Shown one piece after another: positions 34,325 to 40,900 of a DNA stretch of 64,000 nucleotides. The position numbers were made by a program, and so were the translations under genes. Source of the stretch: Candidatus Omnitrophota bacterium (GTDB taxonomy: Bacteria > Omnitrophota > Omnitrophia > Omnitrophales > Aquincolibacteriaceae); assembly GCA_016196545.1 (NCBI GenBank), contig JACPXM010000040.1, positions 5,263-69,262 of the forward strand, given 5' to 3'. Position 1 is the stretch's first letter. Each line of letters opens with the position of its first letter. The notes below the pieces were generated by a model. The model did no database searches. It was not told the DNA's origin and saw nothing but the letters and a program-made list of their open reading frames with translations.

Positions 34325-34852
34325 ATGAAAAAAAAGCAGGCACTTATCTTCCTTGTATGGACCCTGAATTTTCTGGGCCTCAACTTTCCGGCGGCCTCCG
34401 CCAATCTCGAGATTTATTCTCCGATCGATTATCTTTTTGAATTCACGAATTCCCCCGACGACCTCTCCAATTTCATGAAGCGGAATTTTAAATTTACGGA
34501 GGATGAAACCTTATTTGGGGAAATCGATTACTGGCAGTCGCCCGAGGAATTTTACAGCCGTAAAAAGGGGGACTGCGAAGATTATGCCCTCTTTGCGCAA
34601 TACGTTTTGGCGAGGCTGAATATGGAATCCTACGTGGTGAGTATTTACGCAGCCAACGGTTATGCCCACACCCTTTTGATTTACCGGGAGGGCGGCCGCT
34701 ATCAAGTCCTCAACGAAGACCGCCTGATTCGCTACAATGCTTCTTCCCTTGAAGATGCTATCGGCCAAGTGAATTCCGATTGGTCTTGGGCCGCCATCGC
34801 GCGCCGCCAAGACACCCGCGGCTTCGCCCTTCAAACTTTTTTCAATCTTTAA
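34325..34852 (+). CDS. secreted transglutaminase-fold cysteine protease (BTLCP / LapG-like)
   Basis: Signal peptide MKKKQALIFLVWTLNFLGLNFPAASA. Candidate Cys-His-Asp/Asn triad: GDCEDYALFAQYVL ... GYAHTLLIY ... YQVLNED. Confidence 0.6.
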   Translation: MKKKQALIFLVWTLNFLGLNFPAASANLEIYSPIDYLFEFTNSPDDLSNFMKRNFKFTEDETLFGEIDYWQSPEEFYSRKKGDCEDYALFAQYVLARLNMESYVVSIYAANGYAHTLLIYREGGRYQVLNEDRLIRYNASSLEDAIGQVNSDWSWAAIARRQDTRGFALQTFFNL

Positions 34853-34864
34853 TTCAATTCCTGT

Positions 34865-34917
34865 ACCTTTTTACCGGTTCCAGGTTGCCAGCGGCAACCT
34901 GGAACCGGTAAAAAGGT
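34865..34917. terminator. perfect 25-bp stem / 3-nt loop hairpin between convergent genes (bidirectional terminator candidate)
   Basis: ACCTTTTTACCGGTTCCAGGTTGCC-agc-GGCAACCTGGAACCGGTAAAAAGGT. It starts 13 nt after the + gene stop and ends 3 nt before the stop codon of the giant minus-strand gene. Confidence 0.7.
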
Positions 34918-34920
34918 CGA

Positions 34921-37900
34921 CTACGCCGCGCTTTCGAGGAGCTGGGCCATTGCAGCTTGGAGGAGAATTTCGCGGGCCTTGTCGTGGATAATCCATGAGC
35001 GGCTTTCGGCATTGTAGCCAATGACGCCGTCCAGTGCAGCAAGGGAAAGGATTTGCTTGATGAGCTCTGCGGTGATATCAAGCGCTTCGGCTGTTTTGAA
35101 ATGAAGGAGGGTGGAAACCGCGAAGGCCTGCTCCCAAAGCAGCCCCTCTTCTAATTGGACAGAGCGTCCTTTCAGCACATTGCGTTGAAGCTCCGAAGGA
35201 AGGCCATAAGCGAGCGCATTCGGATTTTGAGCAAGAAAAGTATTTAATTCCCGAATCGCCTGCTTTGCATTTTCGAGTGAAATGGCTTTTGCATGTCCTG
35301 CTGGCAATTTTTCAAAGAAGGCTGGATTTTCAGCAAGCTGTTCCGAGGTGGCGAAAATCCGGATATCGGCCGTGATTTTATAACTCTTGGAAAGATCCTG
35401 AATTTTTTTCAAAAATTCCAGCACCCATTCCTGAATCACGGGATTCGGAGAAAATGGAATCGCAAAGGCAAAGTGAAGGCGCTCCGCATTTGTTTTGAGA
35501 AAATGATTGCGGACAAACTTTTCTAAGCCCGCGATACTTTGCTGGCTAAAGGCGCGGAGTTTTTCATCCTCGTCATCGGAACCGATGAAGAAATGGGCCG
35601 AGGACCCAAAAGTTTGGCCCGCCGCAAAGACTTCTAAATATTTCCGCCTCCCCGCTTCAACCCGAATATCGGTTAGGATTTGATCCCATTGCGGCAAGGG
35701 TAAGGCATTGAAAGCAACTACCGCTTCTCCCGCAACGACAGGAGGCAAAGGCATATTGTGTGCAAGGTATAGAAGCAAACCGGGAGCGCGCAGCTCGGAG
35801 CGAGACGCAGATTTTTTATCCCCAGTAAGAGAAGGTACAACTGCGGCGGATTGAAGCTCGGAAACAAATTGATTGGCCATCGTTTGAAGCACAAATTCCT
35901 TGCTAGGAGCTTTAAAGATCAAAACAAGATGATCGCCGGGATTAACGCGCGCAAATCGAAAATCGGAAGCATTCTGCAACAGATCCGGATGCAAAACAAA
36001 TTGCCGACCTTGGGTTTTATTCTCCAAAAGGATCAGAACTTGATCCCCGAAATCGTTGTAAAAATCTTGCAGCTTCTTCAAAATCTGAGGTGAAGGAGAC
36101 TGAAAGGTTGCGCTTGGAATATCCAGCTTAAGTTCTGCCCACATCTGGGTTCGGTCAAAAGCGGTGAATAAATCCGCTTCTTGGGCAAAGGCATCGTGAT
36201 AAAAAGAAAGGGTGAAATCATCTAATTTTTCGGGAGTAAAGGCAAGAGCAAGAATTCGCTCAATGACCGAAATCGATTTAGAGAGGGTCTCTCCTGTTAC
36301 TGAATCTCCTTCAGCCATGAGAAGGGTTGGACTATTGCCTCCAAAGCGGGATAGAAAATGGGTCAAATCACTCTGGGTTTGTAACCGATTGGGATCGTAG
36401 ACAGTCGGCATCTTATCTCTCGCCCTTGCAGGGTTCGCGAGATAAAAATCAACACCCAGAAAATTAAAACGGTAAATTACTTCGGAGAGAATTCCTTGGA
36501 TCTTTGTCAAATTGGCTGGAGGCCCAATTTTGACTTTTTGAATCCTACGAGCCGGAATTGTTTTTCTTGTCGGTGTTTTCTCCACAGGAATCGTATAGAC
36601 CCAAACCGGCTTGTGATTCAGCTCCGCCTCGACACTTTGCTCCACAAATCCCAATTCCTGTAAAGTTCCCCGGGAAAGGACTATTTGCCGGATTTGAATA
36701 TGCTCAAATCCCAACTTTTTTGCGAAGGGCAGCAGATTTTTTTTGAACCAACCATAAAAAACTTTGTCTTCTCTAAAAATATTGGCGGGAACTTCCGAAG
36801 AAAAGTCCTCATAAGGCTGAATTTTTCCATAACCAATCTCTAACCTATCTCTATCGGCGGTTAAATCAATGTGAGCAAAGGATTCGCCTGTAAAAGCTGT
36901 ATTGCTCCGTGAATTTGGATCCGAAATTCCTTTAAAGGTACGTGAGAGAGTTAGAGAAAGGCGGCCGTCACCTTTATTCACCACAAGATAATACCCTTTC
37001 TCATCCCATTTTTTTTGCGCTTTAGGTTCTAAACCTTCGTGCGGCGTCCAAACCACTAGATCTTTTTGGGCATAACCCTTTTTCTCCAACTCCCGGAGCA
37101 AGCCTTGAGGAATTAATGAAAGCACAGCACCCATCAATGCCGGAGTCGCATTATCCCACCAGAAAATAGATCGCCTATTGACTTCTACGGTATTTTCAGA
37201 TTCAGATTTGGGCTCAGGAATAAAATTCAAAATTTGAATACCCATGGAAGGTATAATCAAAACAAGTCCTGACTTGAGAAGATAATCTTGGGTGTAGCTG
37301 CCGTAAACAGCCCCTGTAATCGCATCCTTGATGAGCACCTGATCTTCTTTTTTTAAGTTTAATCCCGATAAAAGTTTTTTTATGACTTTAGAATTTTGGA
37401 TCCACCGAGTGGCCTGCGAATCATCCTGTCTTATCCCTGATTCTATGGCTAGAAGACCGGGATGGCCTGTAAAATTCTCGGAACCAAAGACTCGAATAAA
37501 AGGTGTTTTGTCCTCGCGATTTTCTTTGGGGCCATCAAAATCATAAAAAGTTTCTTCTTCATTTTCTGCTTCGAGTGAATAAATCAAATCTTTCCGAAGC
37601 CATTCTGAATTAAAAAATGCCCCGACTCGCTTACCTTCGGCGAATTGCCGCACGGTTTGAATAGGATGCTCTTTTCTTTCAATGGCATTATTGAATTGGC
37701 GAAGATATTCTGCCGCTGGCAAACGTGCATTGAGGATGCCGCTCAACCGAACCGAGGTTACCTGATAAGCGGCAAATTGGAATCGGTCACGATTAAATTC
37801 ACGCAAAACTTTAAGAAGAACGCGTAACCAGGCTACCTCGCTCTCGTCCTCAGGAATTGTAGTGTTTCCTGAACCCGGAATATTCCAATCCAAGATTTCA

Positions 37901-40900
37901 CCCTGTTGTTGATAAATTCCTTCAATATACGGAGGTGCAATTTCGATTCCGCCATTGACCGCAACGTCCGTTTCGGTAAAACCCGCGGCTTCGGTACCAC
38001 GATTGTTATACCTTTCGCGAAGCGAATCATTAATTTGGGCATCCGTTGCAGGTAAAAGATAACGCTGCTCAGGAATTCCCCAGCCTGTCGCAACAACAAG
38101 AAGGCCGGAACCATACTGATTCACTTCTGTTTGGAGGATTCTTAACCTTCTATAAGTCTCCGCAGATTCAGGACCGGATTGAACATTTCCAAAAATAACG
38201 ACTTGAGCTCCGGCGTGAACTAAGCCGCGAATATTATTATCGGATAACGAACGATCTCGCCCGACTTTTTCCTCGACGAGACGCCCCGAATAAGAAAAAA
38301 CAATTTTATGAGGATCAAGCTTCTTAATGGCAGGATCTAAGGCGGCTACTTGCACATTATCTCGCAAGAATTCTTTAGCCCGTTTTTTTGCTTCGAGATT
38401 CTGTTCGGGTGTGGGATTTTGAGAATCTGCTCCGGGAAATTGTTTTTGAAATTCCTGACTGTCAAAAATGGAACGGTAGATTGTACTTGAAGCGCTGAGA
38501 TCATCGCCATTCGTAATCGCCAAAGGTCGAATAGGATCATAAATCGATACCTCATGAACATGAACGGCCGCTACGCCATTTGAACCATCGGCTGCCCGAA
38601 CACCGGCACTTGTGGAATCATAAGTGTTTGAGTCTCTGTGTTTGAAATAAGTCCACCATTCTTTTGGAATATTCATAAAATGAGGGAATTCCCAACCTTT
38701 GAAACCGCGGTTGCGGTAGGTGTGCGTGGTCATCCATACTAAAGCATTTTCAAGGGCGTATCTTTCTTTTGCCTGCCTGGCATTGTGTTCATGAATCCGT
38801 TTCATGAGAGGAAGCGGCCCGAGTTGTCCATCATTTCCCCAAATAACAGGAGACTTATAGCCTTCAGGGTTTTTATTAAATGAATCTTCTTCGAGGCTCT
38901 CGATCAACTTAAGAGAGGCGGCTGAAAAAAATTCGGTAAATTCTTCCCACGTGGCAGAGCCAAAATCCGGACCGTATTTATAAAGGAGCTTGGTAAAATA
39001 CTCATCTTCACCATCTCTGGAGGGTTTATCTTTGATCAAATAGACATCAACCCCATTCTTTGAACCTTTGAAAACTTGAGCAATGACAATTTTTCTCTGT
39101 CCCCCTTTGTTGGTTTCCATTTCAAACTCATAAAGGGGAGTCCTGCTTAAATTTTCGATGGGGGTTGGTAATTTTCGGTAATCGACATCCCGAATTAATT
39201 TGTTATCTTTATCAAAACGAAAAGGATACCAGGGCTCAATGGTGGCGAGACGAGCCTCAGAGGCCATTAATAATTTGGCAGCCGTAGTATGATATTGTCC
39301 AACTCGACCCAATCCTCCGGCGGCATTCTGTGTTTCGGGTGAAACGTAATAAATCATGCGATTACGAAGATTGTTCGCGAAACGGCGAAGCCAATTTTGG
39401 GGAACCTCGGATTTGGACATCAAAAGAATTGAATCGATTAAGGGAAGATCGATAAGGTCACCGTCTCTTTTCTCGAGAAATTCTAATAGTGCTTTTATTT
39501 TTTCTTGCTTTAAGAGCCTGACCGCCTTTAAAACAGGCCACCTTGCCTCCCCTTCATAGAGGGGCCAACGTTGAGTGGCTTTCGCATATTGCTTGAGAAG
39601 TATCTCGAGCTGAAGTTTGGCATGTTCAACTTTGTTTTCAACCGCTTCCAAGGCAGCTTCTAAATCTCGCAGTATGTAGCGAATATGATTCGTTTTAATC
39701 GCAAAAACTTCCGGCTGTACGGCAAGCTCATATCCTTTTTCGCTCTGGCTCAGCAAGCCTTCTTTGACAAGCCGGCTCAGCAAGTAATCCATCCGATGGG
39801 TTTGTCCATTTAGGTTTTGGCCTTCAAGTTTTTTAACAACAGGGGCGAGAATCTCTTCTTTTTTTATCGGGCCAGGACGCAAAATATCTAAAAAGGCATG
39901 GCCGACTACATTGGTACGATGCCAATCGGGTTCGCGCTCTCCGACACCCATGAGCAACGTTTCTTGTTCTTTAATAATCGCATCGGCAGTATTGCGCACT
40001 TCGGAGCGGGCAATGGGTTCACTTTTCGAATCAGGTTTGCTTCCCGAATAGGGGTCGCTTCCATTTATACTTTTGCCAATGAGTTCGGGTTTAATGATCG
40101 CTTTAACCTGGTCCATGATTTCGGCGGACGTTTGACTTTTCGGATTGATGGGCGGAAGCACCTTCATGTGGAATTCAAAAGGTTGCATCCGACCGCGGCT
40201 GGATATCCATCTCAAAAGCATTCTCCGAAATCGCGGCCATTTTCTATTACCCCCGTAAATAATATTACCCCAGAGAACAACAGGGACCACTTGTATCAAA
40301 TTTTCCTCACGAAAAACTCCTTCGTTGACTTGAACCGCAACGCGCGCCAAGGTATCCCGCCACGGCTCTACTTCTCCGGTTTGTTTGTTTCGAGGTCCGT
40401 CCAAGGCGTTTTCAGCACGAAGTTTGATTTCTTGGGAGGGAAATCCGCCCACACTCCAAACTTCCAAGACGTGGCTCCTGAGGCCTTCGACAATTCTAGC
40501 CAGTCTCGCCTTTTTTTCTTCCTCGGTCATGCCTTCCTTTTTGCCTTCGATTTTAATGGCCAACCCCAAGTAAAGAAGAAAATTTTGAAAAACGCCGAGA
40601 TCTTTGGGATTGGCCATCATCAAAACCAGACGTCCGGTACGGAGATAAATTTCAAAAGAGAGGATGAGCCCGTCGAGCAAACTGAAATGAGTGCTCATGA
40701 GAATGAAATTCTTCTTGGGGAGATTTTCTAAGCCTTCGACGTGGATCGCGATCAAGGGACGGATGAAGAGCTTGTAAAACCCAATTAAAAAAGGCTTGAG
40801 AAGCCGTAGCTTCCAGGACACGGGAGGATGTAGAGGCTGCGCTGAAACGGGTTCTTCTTTCTCTTCGCCCTCCAATGCAAAATCCGATGCAATCGACTGC

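Noticed and set aside
34192-34440. 82-aa plus-strand ORF spanning the intergenic region and the start of the protease gene.
   Set aside because: It covers the riboswitch-like aptamer and is out of frame with the signal-peptide ORF starting at 34325. The RNA-element explanation fits better.
39898-40731. 277-aa plus-strand ORF inside the giant gene. Similar long antisense ORFs are at 44372..45040, 22331..22861, 1771..2412, 24849..25310 and 3968..4438.
   Set aside because: They lie entirely antisense to much longer ORFs that carry recognisable motifs, and they have odd composition with no motifs. They are typical shadow ORFs.
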